Shown: piece by piece, positions 15,750-30,294 of the stretch
Numbering within the stretch: position 1 is the first letter of the stretch
How the letters are laid out: the number at the start of each line of letters is the position of its first letter
NCBI RefSeq assembly: GCF_009914755.1
Contig: NC_060945.1
Strand: one strand, 5' to 3'
Source of the DNA: the human T2T-CHM13v2.0 reference genome, Homo sapiens
Length of the DNA: 64,000 nucleotides
Program-made: the position numbers and the translations under genes
Notes under the pieces: model-generated
Told to the model about the DNA's origin: nothing
The model's input: only the letters and a program-made list of their open reading frames with translations
Database searches by the model: none

Positions 15750-16485
15750 GATGCTTTACATCATTAATTATTAATAAAATGCAAATTAAAAACCACAATG
15801 AGATACTATGACACGCTTGTTTAAATGGCTAATATTAAAAGAGGCTACCTGAAGTATTGCAGAGAAGAGGGTGGAACTGGAACTCTGATACTCTGACTAT
15901 GTGTATGTAAAATGACACAACCACTTTAGAAAAACAGCTCAACAACTTGTCTTGTTTCATTTGCTAAGCATATGTCAGCCATATGGTATAGCCAGTCTAC
16001 TCCTAGATATTTACCCAAAGGAATAAAAAGGAAATATATGTCCGTATATCATGTATCATTATAAGAGATACTTGTAATAGTCAAAATCAACCTAAATGCC
16101 TATGAATAGGTGAATACATAACATTATAATGTACCCAACAAATGGAATATTAGCAACAAAAATGGGGGAACTTCTGATAAAATCAACACCATGGATGAAC
16201 CTGAAAATGTTCCTGAATAAGCGAAGCCAAGACCTTCCCCTCCCCAAAAAAGAGTATGTATTAGATGATTCCATTTATACAAAACTCAACAAAAGGGAGA
16301 CTAACTTGTATTGATAAAAAGCAGGCAATGATTGTTTGGGGATGGAACGGTACGGTAGAATGGATGAGAGACAGGTATTACCAAGAAGCATGAGGAAATT
16401 TTGGGGGATGTTGACATGTTCACTATTTTGATTGCGGTGAGTATTTCACAGTGTCAAAATTATTCAGTTTTATCCTTTAAATCTT
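15750..16485 (+). mobile_element. L1ME/L1MD-type 3' end
   Basis: atgcaaattaaaaaccacaatgagatact...aacaaatggaatatt...catggatgaacctgaaaa. Confidence 0.8.
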
Positions 16486-16849
16486 CACAGTTGCAAAAGG
16501 TTTTACAGAACAGGTGTTATTTTAAAGCATCCTTTAAAAGAGTGTGTTTTTATTCTCTGTTGTCACGTGCCCCATGTTGGGCTCCTTGAACCACAACTCT
16601 CTCAATGCAGACCATGCCTCTCCTTCACTGCCTTATTCCAAGTCTCAGCCACCACAGGCTGCTCTAGTCAATCTCTCTCCTTCATCTTTCTCAGGCATGC
16701 GTCAGACATCAATTCCCCAAATCTCCAGCTGCCGGAAACAAATATTTAAGCTTTTCAAGTGGCACTGCACCCATAGACTTTAAGCAAATGGCACACATTC
16801 TTCACCTTGTTGAAGATACGAATTTAGGTCTTTCTAATTATACCTTTTC

Positions 16850-17035
16850 TGTTAGATATAAGTGAGTTCTCGAACTGGTTCCTAACCACCTACCTAGTTG
16901 GAAATGCAACAAACTATTTTTTGTCTCAGACAAAGCTACTTGGAAATGCTACTTGGAAATGCAATACCTATTATTTTTATGTCTCAGATAAAAGTGAGTT
17001 AGGAAACTTCCCTTTAACAATCTGTTACAGATATA
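16850..17035. repeat. Nested short direct repeats
   Basis: gctacttggaaat x2 (16935-16960); ttggaaatgcaa..tatttt..gtctcaga x2; agata.aagtgagtt x2. Confidence 0.75.
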
Positions 17036-17037
17036 CT

Positions 17038-17330
17038 GACTCAAGAAATATTTATTCAATATCTACAGTATTTAAGGTAATGTACCTGGTTCTGTAGAAC
17101 ATAAAGAGGTAAACATATTATATCCTCAAATACCTTTAATATAATCTAATATGAAAAACTAGATATGTGGTATAATTCAGAGAGTGGCATGCTACAAAAA
17201 AAGATACAAATGAAGTGCAATGGGAAATTATAGACACAAAGGTGTCCTTTATTCTGGATTTTCAGGATTCGGGCCAGTGGAGAGAATAAGAAAGAACATT
17301 CCTGCGGAAAGCTTATGTGAGTAAAAGATG
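17038..17330 (-). mobile_element. L2 3' end remnant
   Basis: tcaagaaatatttattcaatatctac...tgtacctggttctgtagaac. Confidence 0.55.
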
Positions 17331-18569
17331 AATAAAATATGAAGTATGATAACTTTATAAGTAAAATAATTCTTTACCACTGGTTATTTCCAATTAGAAT
17401 AATAATTCAATTTTACAACTTCAGACCTCATGACTTTGGTGTTATCCAAGTATCTATTAGTATGTTTCTGAATACATTTAAATGAACCAGTTGAAATATT
17501 TATGTGTATATTAAATTCCAAAAATGTAATAAATCACAGAGTTTCATTTACAGTTTATTAGTGAGTAGATTACCTCCTCTGCTTCCTGGCTGCTTTCATA
17601 TTGATCTGAGATTTAATAGCCAGATAGAAATGATACTTACACATTGAAATTGCCCATAATAATGAGTTTTTCTTTTTGTATTCTATGAACAGCATAACAA
17701 TGTCTTATGATAATTAAAATAATCTGCCATGTCATGAAAAGCACACAATTTAGAGATGACAAAACCAAAAGGAAAAAAAGTTACGTAATGAATGTATTGT
17801 AATAAAATTTTCTTAATTCTTGATCTAACTCTATGAGGATGTTTATGAAATGAGAATATGTAAATCACGCTTGAGATGCCAGGTACTTTAAGGGTAAGAT
17901 TTTTCTGGTAACAATGGTTAGGTCGGGGAGGCTGTCAATCAGGAACATGCTGCACAGTAACTGATCTCTGAAGGCTCACACTTTAATGACACAACCAATA
18001 CAGTGTGTATTGGATATAAGGAAAAAGAAGAAACCATAAAATTGTGTGTGTATGTGTCTGTGTGTGTGTATTCACCTGTATCTGTGTACACACATTCTCT
18101 TATTCCCAAACAGGAAGCAATGGTCACTGTCCTGGCTCCTTGCTACTTCTTTGCACCACTCAAAAGTGCCTTCCCTCGGAATGCAGGCCACATTGTTATT
18201 TAAACTGGACTTCCCTTTCACTATCATTATCTGGCATCTTTTAACATCTTCTTTATCTCACTCAGTCCTTTTATTTCAAAGAAGTTCATAGAGAAGCATA
18301 GATTTGGTGGCAGCAAAGAGGTGAGTATGATTAGCATTTTGACCTATGTAAATGACACGTTTGTTATAGCCTATCTAGGAAATTTGCCTCTCATAATAAT
18401 TATTTAAAATATATCACTAGGGTTGCCATTGCTAAATTAGGCATTGTAACTTCAATTATATTTTAATTACATAACAAAATGATAAACCAATTTTAAAAAC
18501 TATTGACATATAAAGTAGTATACAAAATCAACATTTTGTTTTAAATTATTTAGTAAAATTTTATCATAT

Positions 18570-19035
<466 letters not shown>

Positions 19036-19137
19036 TGAAAAAGGGTGCTAACAAGCTCAGAGAAATTAAGAGACTTATTCAATGGTCTTCTGACTCCATG
19101 CCTTTTATTTTTTCTACAATATTTTAAACATGATGAT

Positions 19138-19518
19138 TGATATGGTTTGGATTTGTGCCCCCAACCAAATTTCATGTTGAATTGTGATTCCCAATATTAC
19201 AGGAGGGCCCTGGTGGGAGGTGACTGGATCATGGGGGTGGATTTCCTCTTTCTGTTCTCGTGATAGTGAGTGAGTTCCCACGAGATCTAATTGTTTAAAA
19301 ATGTGTAGCAGCTCCCTGCTTTGCTCTTCCTCCTGCTCCAGCCATGTAGGGCATGCCTCCTTCCTCTTCGCCTTCTGCCATGATTGTAAGTTTCCTGAGG
19401 TCTCCCCAGACATGCTTCCTATAGAGCCTGCATAACCATGAACAAATTAAACCTCTTTTCTTTATAAATTACCCAGTCTCAGGTATTTCTTTATATGGTA
19501 CAATAACTGACTAATACA
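19138..19518 (+). mobile_element. MSTA-type MaLR solo LTR
   Basis: tgatatggtttggatttgtg...ctaataca; 5-bp TSD atgat on both sides. Confidence 0.9.
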
Positions 19519-19909
19519 ATGATATTTAGAAATAAGAGACATGGATATTTTGAATAGGTTGCCACGTAGTAAAACAAATTGAAAAACAAACTAAAAATAT
19601 GCATTTATCTAAACAACTATAAAAGGTATACAGTCAGTAAGAAAAGTACATTTGTAAAGGAAATTAATCACTAATATGAGACTAAAATGCATGATGATAA
19701 AATGACCTCACAAAACTACAGATGAAGTAGATCTAGGAAGGTTATAATTGGCCATAAGCTTAAGTAAAATACTCACTAATCTAACTTTCTGCTGGGTATA
19801 GAGGGATTTATTTAATAAGTGCAAACATTGTGTATTTTCCTTAAGAAGTCTAACTGCTGAAGAAAGTCTAACAAATTAAAACGAGTAGTATGAAGTTAAT
19901 TAAAAGCTA

Positions 19910-20222
<313 letters not shown>

Positions 20223-21082
20223 GAAGAGGTAAACTGTGAAGCTCGGAAATTGTAGCATAGAGAGAGATAAAAGTATGCTAGTATCTAGAAGTTAGAGGCT
20301 GACTTAAATCTTAAAGATCAGTCGTAGTAGGATTAGAAAAAAAATGAAAAGAAAGATGAGGTAATTCATAAAGAAAGACAAAAATGAGCAACTATGCAAC
20401 ACAGTGAAGAGATTAATATAAGTATAGAAAATTTATGTAGAGAGGAGATAGCTATTAAGGCCAAGTGGGTGATGGGCTTAGACAAGTATGATAGAACTGG
20501 ATTTTGTGAGAAGGCTTTGCATTCTGACTCTGAATGCAGGTTTCAAATAGATACAGAAAATTTGTGAAGAGGTAAAAAGAAATCCTATACATCTGCCTTG
20601 GCACTAATCAGGAACATGATCCTTTTATTTATCTGTTGCTGGATATATATATGTATATATTTTTTTCCATTGGGCTTACAAATTTCCATTTCTGCTATGG
20701 GCAGGGGAAGTTTGTAAAATTAAAGTTAAAAGAAATTCAGTTTGTTTTAATTTTAAAATGGTTTCCTTTGGGGGAAACACTAAGTCTTCTAATAAGCCCT
20801 CTGCTCCTCATTATTGCTGACATGTAGAAGATTCTTATATGTCCTCATCATAATGGGACAATGGACCTATGCTCTGATTTGGATCCTTGTGCTGTCCTCG
20901 GGCTCATGAATTAATACTCCTTAGCAGTAAGTGTCTTCCTGCCATCTAGGCTGCAAGAAGTGGCCACAATCAGAGACTTCAGGGCCCTCCTAGTGGGTCC
21001 ATCCCCACCATGACTCTTGCAGATCCTGTTGAATCCTGAGTACTCAAACATGTCCTTCATTCAGTATTTGTCCTAGGCTCTT

Positions 21083-21986
21083 TGTGATGGTTAATACTGA
21101 GTGTCAACTTTATTGGATTGAAGGACGCAAAGTCTTGTTCCTGGGTGTGTCTGTGAGGGTGTTGCCAAAGGAGATTAACATTTGAGTCAGTGGACTGGGA
21201 GAGGCAGACCCATCGTCAATCTGGGTGGGTGCCATCTAATCAGCTGCCTGTGTGACTAGAATAAAGCAGGCAAGAGAAGATGGAGAGCAGACTTGCTGAG
21301 TCTTCCGGCCTTCATCTTTCTCTTGTGTTGCATGCTTCCTGCCTGATATGGTTTGGCTGTGTCCCCACCCAAATCTCATCTTGAATTGTAGCTCCCATAA
21401 TTCCCTTATGTTGTGGGAGGGACCCAGTGGGAGATAATTGAATTATCGGTCAGTTTCCTCTATACTGTTCTCATGGTAGTGAATAAGTCTCATGAGATCT
21501 AATGGTCGGGAAACCCCTTTTGCTTTGCTCTCATTCTTCTCTTGTCTGCCACCATTTTGAGACGTGCTTTTCACCTTTCACCATGATTGTGAGGTCTCCC
21601 CAGCAATGTGGAACTGTAAGTCCATTAAATCTCTTTCTTTTGTAAATTGCCCAGTCTAGCGTATGTCTTTATCAGCACTGTGAAAATGGACTAGAACATC
21701 AGACTCCAAGTTCTTCAGCTTTTGGACTCTTGGACTTACACCAGTGGTTTGCCAGGGGCTGTCAGGCCATTGACCACAGACTGAAGGCTGCATTGCTGGC
21801 TTCCCTACTTTTGAGATTTTAGGACTCGGACTGATCCACCACTGACTTCTTTGCTCCTCAACTTGTAGATGGCCTATCATTAGGCTTTACCTTGTGAGTG
21901 TGTGAGTCAATTCTCTTTAATAAACTCCTTTCATTTATAAATCTCTCTTATTAGTTCTGTCCCTCTAGAGAACCCTGACTAATACA
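21083..21986 (+). mobile_element. MLT2A2-like HERVL solo LTR split by a THE1 insertion
   Basis: tgtgatggttaatactgagtgtcaac...ccctgactaataca; perfect TSD ctctt (21078-82 / 21987-91); ~554 bp after removing the insert. Confidence 0.9.
21344..21693 (+). mobile_element. THE1 (THE1B-like) MaLR solo LTR nested in MLT2A2
   Basis: tgatatggtttggctgtgtccccacccaaatctcatcttgaattgtagctccc...gaaaatggacta. Confidence 0.92.
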
Positions 21987-22219
21987 CTCTTTAAGCTGTA
22001 GCCTTGGTAATGGAATCAACACCTACCCTCAGTACAAAACAGACCTACCGGTTCTAAACTGTGTCTACACAACACTCAAGATTTGATGCTTAAACGTATA
22101 GGTGGCATTTTCCCCCAAATTCTTAAGTCCCTCTCTGAATTTAAACAAACCAAATACTGTTTCTCTTCTAAAATTATGTAGGTATGACTTTCTTCAAGGT
22201 GGTCCCAATTCTCTAATAC

Positions 22220-22383
22220 AGTCAATTAGTTGGCACTATAATAATTACTCAATATTTGGTATTTTCAAAGGAGAACTTTGTTTTTTATAATTCTTCTTGG
22301 TTTAAATACACTTTCATATACTTTTTTCTATTTTGAATAATTTTAGTTTACGATAAAGTAGGAAATGGATTTCAAAAATATTT
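22220..22383 (+). repeat. Copy B of the old ~165-bp direct repeat (Alu-free)
   Basis: agtcaattagttggca...tggtttaaatacacttt...gaataattttagtttacgataaagtaggaaatggattt. Confidence 0.8.
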
Positions 22384-22749
22384 TTATATGAACAAATAAG
22401 CAAAAGTCCTGCTAGATCCAATCTCCTTCTTACTCTGGGAACATCTTATAGTGTTGTGGCTCTTTCTCTATGAAGTTATGACCTAGATGAGAGTTAAAAA
22501 ACCTCAAGTCTGACTGTGCTCTTGCTCCTTCTTTCTCTCTGCACAAACAGTTAATTTCATAGGGGCTACCACTTTGCCTTTTTCTCCTCTTTCCAAGAGA
22601 TATTCACCCTTCCCACTTTTATAGGATAGACAAAAGTTCTCATTTGGACATGACTAATGGCCTACAGAATAACATGAATTATGAAAGTATTTACTATATA
22701 TTAATACTTTCACAATATTATTTGTATATTAACTGACTTTTGTATGTAT

Positions 22750-22960
22750 TTTGTTATAAAAGATATATTATGTTAGCACTAGCACGAAATTCCAGGCTAT
22801 AAAGGTGAAAGAGTAAATCAGATAGTCTATGTTCTTAATGAGATTACAGTAAGGCAGAAAGAAAAATAATTGAATAGAAACTTACAAAAAAGTGTTACAA
22901 AGATTTTGAAAAAGGAGAAATCTTCAGCGGCATACAGCGGAGTAGAGAGAGCTCACCTTC
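22750..22960 (-). mobile_element. L2 remnant
   Basis: tatgttagcactagc...atagtctatgttcttaatgagattacagt. Confidence 0.45.
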
Positions 22961-23469
22961 AGGCCAGGGATGAAAGGGGAAACACTTGGCAACTAACCAG
23001 AAGAGCTTTGACTTCATGTGACAGTTAACAGGGACTGGCTTCATACTGGATGAAGGTATCTGATGCTACATTACGAAACTAGTCTGATGGTAGAAGATAA
23101 GTGCATTGGAGGAGAGTGTGACAAGGATAAATGATACTGTCAGAGACCCCAAATTGTTGACGTAGAAATGAATTGCAAAGAGAACATTTTGGGGGAAATG
23201 CTATCCATAAGGTTGAAAAATAATAATTACTGAAACTGGCATTTATGGCCATGGGGAAATGTCATGATAAAATGTAATCCAATAAGATACTGAGAAGTAC
23301 TAAATAATTATGGCAGAAATGGAAAGCAATCTTTCTGCTGTTCTACATCAATCAGGTTTCTATAATTGTGTCTAGTTTTAGATGCTGACCTTATTTAAGA
23401 AAGGGTGAAAAAGGAGATGGTCAGAGAAGAGAAACAAAGATAATTAACCCTCGGGTAAATAGTAATATT

Positions 23470-23640
23470 AAATGAATTAGATTTGTTTAGCTTAGAGAAA
23501 GGAAGGACAAGGGCAATCTGATTATAGAAATGACTCATACATAGAGTAATTAGGAGGGAAATGCAGTTTTCTATGTCCACACAGGACTAAACAAAAGGAA
23601 ATTGACTTTAATAAAGCAGTAATTGTATTTCTAGATTTGT
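23470..23640 (+). mobile_element. L3/CR1 3' region remnant
   Basis: gatttgtttagcttagagaaaggaaggacaagggcaatctgatt (LFSLEKRR-like) ...ttttctatgtccac..ggactaaacaaaaggaaattgacttt. Confidence 0.6.
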
Positions 23641-24807
23641 TTAAAAAAAAAAAACACCGTTTAAACACTACTACTAATCAGCTACTGCTCTATATTTACC
23701 ATGTTTGTGTAGGTTCCCACAGGACTGTCTCTTGAGTCTCCATTAGCATCTGTCTGTGCTGACTGCTCTACTCATGTGGTTAGGGATTTAGGACTAGATG
23801 TACTCATGGGTGTGTGATTTAAACACATTTGCAACAGTTTCTTAATTTGATTTCATAGATGCGCTCTGACAAATGATTGAAAACACTGTAACTCTGCTCT
23901 TTTAAGTCAATAGCCTCCCCATAAAGTGTGATTTAAGTTTGCAGGGAAAGAGAAAAAAGATCTGTAAGTTGTTTTGTTAGTTTTTATCTTATTGCAAAAA
24001 GTGAAAATCAACTCCTTATAAATATATTATTAATCAAGAGAGTTTTTAACATATTTTTAAGAAATTTTATAACTCACTTTATGATTTTTACCTGTTTTAG
24101 TTATATGGAAAAATCTGAAGTTACTAAAAAATTAAAATTGATATTTCTAAGTGACTCGAGAAAGTTCACGATGACTGATTTTATCATTTTTTACAACTAC
24201 ATAGAAACTTCCTGTGTATCGAAACTTTCTGTACCCCCTTTCTATAAACTCCTATAAGTTGCCTGTCCACAAACTGTGTATGTAATCTAGGGTCAATGGA
24301 AGGAGCTTAAACTCTACCTATAAGAGAGGAACATCAATGTATTTGAGAACATAAGTTAAATCCACCACCGTACTATACATACATATATTTATGAAAAATT
24401 TTTGTACGGTGCTAAAAAAACTATTTCTTGCATGCTCCTTTAACCTTTAAATCTATAAAGGTCCAGTGCATTAAACAAGTCATATGTGTCCAGGAGCAAC
24501 CATCAAAACGGTTATAGTAGCAAGAACTTGGGAGAAGGTTGAGCTTTGAGTGTGATGTATTGTAAACAGTTAGTCTGGAAGAAAATTGCATAGTGCATGG
24601 CACAGGAAGATCAGAAGGTGGAATCACAACTTTGTTTGGAAGGCACAGGTCGCTAACACATTTGTTTGGGCTTGCTTGTTTGCTTCTTCGCTTCTTCTTA
24701 TTATTTACTATGAAAAGCAGGGATGCCAAGGTGACATGTGCTTAAGAACTGTAGGTTAGGTAGTCTCAGTGGTAAGCTGGTGTGAGTCCAACATTAGGAT
24801 TAAGGGG

Positions 24808-25160
<353 letters not shown>

Positions 25161-26449
25161 TTATCATCTTACTTATGTGGGTCAGCAGTGTATTGCAGAT
25201 GACAAAGAAACATGAGTTAATGGAGACAGATGCTTTGGAGGTAAAACTCACTGGCTTAGTTGACTTAAGATGTAGGAGGTGCCATGTTCTAATACCTAAA
25301 TCATGGCCTTGTCTTTCTGTTAAGAAGTTTTCTCTAAGGGTCAAATTCTTACAACCATTTACATTATAATTGCTCCTTATTATTAGATAGTACGAACATT
25401 TTAACAGAAAGTCAATTTGTATTAATTTGTATTAAATATTATATATGTTAGCATGATATCAGTATTTTCCTAACATTTCTAAAAGGTTTAATATTTTTAA
25501 AGTACAATATAGCCCTGTTTTATTCCTCTCATTTAAAAAATAAATTTAAAATTTTGATTGAAAATTTAAGAATTTTACTCTTCTCATTCAAAAATAACAA
25601 TAAATACATTAACTCTAAGTGGGAAGTTTAAAGAGTTAATCTTTGGTGAATATAATATGAAATATGACAGCATGATTTATTATTCTTGTGGCTATTTCTT
25701 AGGTTTTCCTCAATATATTACTAACTTTTAAATAATAAAGTCAATTATAAATACTGCATTTTAAGTTGACTACAAAACTTAGCTAATTTTCTTATAACAT
25801 TTATATTTTAAAACCATAAATATGAATAAACATGTGCAAATATTTTAAAATATGCAATATTATTTAATTGTAATTATATATTGTATATTCCAACAACAAT
25901 ATTTTAATACTTTAGAGACATAATTGTGTTATTCTAAAAATGCTTCAATTTTTCATTAATCAGGAGCAATAGCATGCATATTGATGTAAGAATTTGTACA
26001 TAAAGTATTCACTATTTAATAATGTATAGTACAAATTATGTACTGTTTTTATGTTAGATATACCAATTTAAATATGATATAAAAACAAGCTTTTAGAGTT
26101 GAAAATCATATCAGTTCATTTATTTATAAATATGATTTAACTGCTACCTGAAGACATTGTTTTTATTTTTGTTATTTGGTTCTTCACATAATATTTGAGG
26201 GCTTTATTTTCATATTTGTACAATATGATAAATTAGTCTAATTTTACCTCATGTTGTAAGAAAAACTAGCTAAACATTCTCCAAATTTTTGTTTTTAATA
26301 TGGGTCTTTTGGCAATAATGCAATCATTTTATTTTTCTGCACGGTACTGGTCTGTGTAATGGATTTTAAATATTTATCAAATTAATCAATTGCTTGAATA
26401 AACAAATTCCATTAACGGCTTGAGATTTATGTGAATACCGTATGTAGAT

Positions 26450-27400
26450 TATGAGCCTTTCATTGCCAAACCATTTTACTCATGCACCTGTATTTCTAAA
26501 ATTTGTGAGCACATACTCCAATATATGTATGATTTGCTTATAGTTTATATACTTGTACAACTTATACTGCCATACTGATATGTATGTATATTGCAAAAAT
26601 CTACAAAAGAGAAATTAAAATTAACTAAATAAAAATAAAATAATTAACAAACAATAATGTCAAATGATTTGATATTTCATATCATCCATTATTTTCACAA
26701 AAATTCACAATAAAATAAATTTTGATACTTATTACTGTCAATGAAACAATCACTGACACTTAGTGCTTAGTTCTTAACAGTTTTGCTAATGATGATGGGT
26801 AAATGGTATTATTAACAAGCATCTCAAGGCATAGCACACACTCTCATGACATTAAATACATGTTTCCAATTAGTTTCACTTTATTTCCATTTCTGTTGTC
26901 ATCCCTTGAAATCTTCTTAAATTGGCATTTGCTTTATCCTGTAGTTCTTGACAAAGTTAATATGCTCTAACTAAGAACATATATGCTCCTCCATTGCTTG
27001 TTTGCTTGTGTTTATACTATGACCAATATTGTCAACTAATGGCTCTTTGCAGGGATATTTTTCAGCTGCTTGTTCATGTTATAAAACTTAACTTTTGTTA
27101 AAATAAAATAATACTATCAGAAATTCACTAAACCTGAAATAGGAATGTTGCATGCATGATAACTTGTTAGGGGAAAAAGAAAGTAAGATTGTCACTTCTC
27201 TTTCTTTAGGGGATATTTACACAATGTAGGACAACCCTCCATCTGTCTTAAGATGAAGTGAGAACATCAGTATTTATCCATATATTAAATATTATAAAAA
27301 TAATATTTCTCGACATTTAAATATTATCCATTGTAATGTTTTCTTCTTATACCCCAGTGGATCATCTTGATGCATACACCTCACTTTGGAGACAACTAAT
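26450..27400. mobile_element. hAT-Charlie DNA transposon relic (Charlie2-like)
   Basis: Terminus ccccagtggatcatcttg..gcatacacctcactttggagacaact resembles Charlie-family ends; interior is AT-rich and decayed. Confidence 0.5.
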
Positions 27401-27784
27401 TTCAGGAATACACAGGACAACTGTGCCCCTGCAAACAAGGGGTACACGAATGGTGTCTGGAGTCTTCCAAACCATCTCAGGAGTATAGCTAGTAAATCAG
27501 ATTTTGGTAATTAGGAAGTTGTCTAACTCCAGGCTTGCAATGGACATAGAATACTTATTAGGTTGTACCCCTACCTATGAATAGAATATGACAAAGTTGT
27601 TCCAGACTTTTGCACATCAAATTGTCCAATAATTGATGATATATGCCACTCAAATAAGCAACCAATTTTGTCAGTTTCCTTTGAAAAGAAGACTATTCAC
27701 AACATGGTAAGTTATTATTTCAGCTTAGTTTAGCTTAAGTATATGGATAACTCAGAATGCTTTCAGTGTATGCATGGAATATTA

Positions 27785-30030
27785 ATTTGTTCTAAAAATA
27801 TTTGATAAATATCTGGCACTCTTCTAATATTAGAACAGTGGTGAAAAAAGGAAAACTCACCCTGAACTAAGGGAGTACTCAGTTACAAAGGATAAAATGT
27901 CAAGTAGCAGAGAGAAAAGACCAGTGTTATTTTCTGCAGGGTGACCAGGAATAGCTTCTTGAATAAGATGATAGTTGAAGAGACCAGAAGGAAGAGAGGA
28001 AGCAAGACAAGCAGGAGGGTGTACTAGTAGGGCCTATAAATAAAGACTATGGCACTTGCAATACTATAGGTGAGACAACGGTGGCTTATAGCAAGTCAGT
28101 AACTGAAGGCCATGAAAATTGATTAGATTCCGACTATATCTTGAAAGTATGACAGTAGTTGTTGGGAGTATGCAATCTGGAACCAGACTACTTTGGTTTA
28201 AATCCCAAAATTGCCTGTTTCTTGCCACATAGCAGAGTACTACTTAAACTTTTTATGATACCTTATCTGTGTAAAACAGGTTACTGTGTTACCTATCTTA
28301 ATCTAGTTGTGAAAATTTCTCCTTTCTGTGTGCGTGTCTGTGTACTAGCTAGAACACTATTTGACACATAGTAAACACTGTTAGCTTTTGCAATTACTAT
28401 GGGAGGAGAGAAAAAGAGATGAGTCTAGGAAGACCCCAAGGTTTTGGTGTGAGCAATATAGGAAGAGTGGGATTGTTTTTTACTGAAATGGGGACAACTG
28501 AAAAAGAAGTAAATTCAGGAGTGATTGAAAATCGAAGTGAAGAATCAAACCTGCTAAATCTGTGATGACTCGGAGACATAAAAATGAATGCTTTTCATAG
28601 GAATATCTCAGGTGACAGATTCAGCCTGAAGCAAAGAAGTGAAGTTTTCAACATTTATATGATTTTTAAGGCTATGGAAATGGGTAGGATTACCAAAAAA
28701 GTCATTATAAGTACAGCAAAGATAACTCAAGGCTCAGCTCTGGACATGAAAACTTTAGAAGAAGAATCAGCAAAAGTGCCTGAAAGGTGAAATGACAGAA
28801 AAATTATTAAGTCATGGGTTTTGGCTACCAAAAAGTAAAACCTGTTTCTGTATGAATGAGTGATCATCTGTGCCAACTGCTTCATATAACTCAAGTGAGA
28901 TGAAAGCAAAAAAACAATATATCTAGTAGATTTAACAAACAAATCTCATTGGAAGCTTTAACTGTAATTGTTGTATTACCAGACATGATGGAGTTCAAGG
29001 GAGAATGGAAGAAGAAAAATTGGATTCAACAATACAGACAACTCAGGAGAGTTTTACTCCAAAGTGTGGAGAGCAATGTTGTTGGTGATAGCAGAGATAC
29101 TGTGCAGCCAAAAATATTTTAAAATTCATTCTGCACTGAGTTATTTCATAATAGAAAGTACAAAAGTGTATACAAAAAAATCATTTGAGAGAGGATAATT
29201 TCATTGTACAAGTTTAGGATTTGGTTTTTGGCGTTAGATAGTTATACACATAAGACAAACTAAACCAGGTGGAAAACCAGCGAGTAGAATTGCAGAGATA
29301 GGTAGATAGCGCCTGAAAATGTATTGTATTTTACTTCTGATTCATTGTCCTTTTCAAGTTTATGAAGATAATGTTTTAGAAAAAAACTAAGGTATGATAT
29401 AGTCCTTGAGATTAGAACTATACAGTAAATATACCAGGAACATTGAGTAGGATCTTTGAACAGAAGGTAAATGGAGGCTGCTAGTCATAAGTTAAAAGCA
29501 AGATGAGTCAGTGCGGGTGTGTGTGTTTTTCTTCAACTACTTTGAGTTGCTCAGAGGCAGGCATAAAACAGGGAGAGAGCTTGACTTAATTAAATTTGGG
29601 TTTTTTTCAAGGTTGCAAAATGCAGAAGGACAAGGGACAAGGGGATTGCAAATACATGCAACAGAATGATTATAATGATAGCTCATAGAAACCAAAGCAG
29701 GTAATGAGAAGAATGAAGACATAATGGAAATGACAAACAGCAGCAAGTCAAAGGATTGAAGGAAGTTCAGGTAGGAAAAAAATGGTCTTGGAATTCTCAA
29801 GTAATAAAGAATTTGGAAAATTAGAAGTGGTGGCTGGAGAGTGTGAAGGTTCGAGCTGATATTAAGGAAGAAATGTAGTCGCTGGAAATAACAACAACTA
29901 GGGCATGAACAGAGAGTCAGTAACTGAAGGCCCAGATCATTGGAAGTGAAGAAGTCTCAGTACTCTAAGGTTAGGGGACTAAAAAGACCTTTCATGTTAA
30001 TAGTAAATCACCAAATTTTAGCAGAAATTC
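27785..30030 (-). mobile_element. Long L2 remnant interrupted by a MIR
   Basis: gaagaccccaaggttttggtgtgagcaat..ggaagagtgg...tactgaaatgggga; ggattgcaaatacatgcaacagaatgattataatgata. Confidence 0.75.
28150..28400 (+). mobile_element. MIR, near full length, inside L2
   Basis: tctggaaccagactactttggtttaaatccc...tagaacactatttgacacatagtaaacact. Confidence 0.75.
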
Positions 30031-30294
30031 TATTGGGGGGATAGTGTAACAAGTGGTACATCTTTATACAGCAAACATCTGGGAAATAAAGGCAGAGTCA
30101 TTCTGTTGGGTTATTATCTTCTAATTCAACAAGATAATGAGCAGAGATTTTATTATTTGGCAGCAGAAAAGTTCAAGATGCTAAAGGTTATCTATGGGGC
30201 ACATAGTTTAAGTGGCTAAGGCAAAACATTCCATCAGAGAAACATTAGTGGAGAATATAAATGAAAAATTCCTGTAAATGGTTACTTTATTAAC

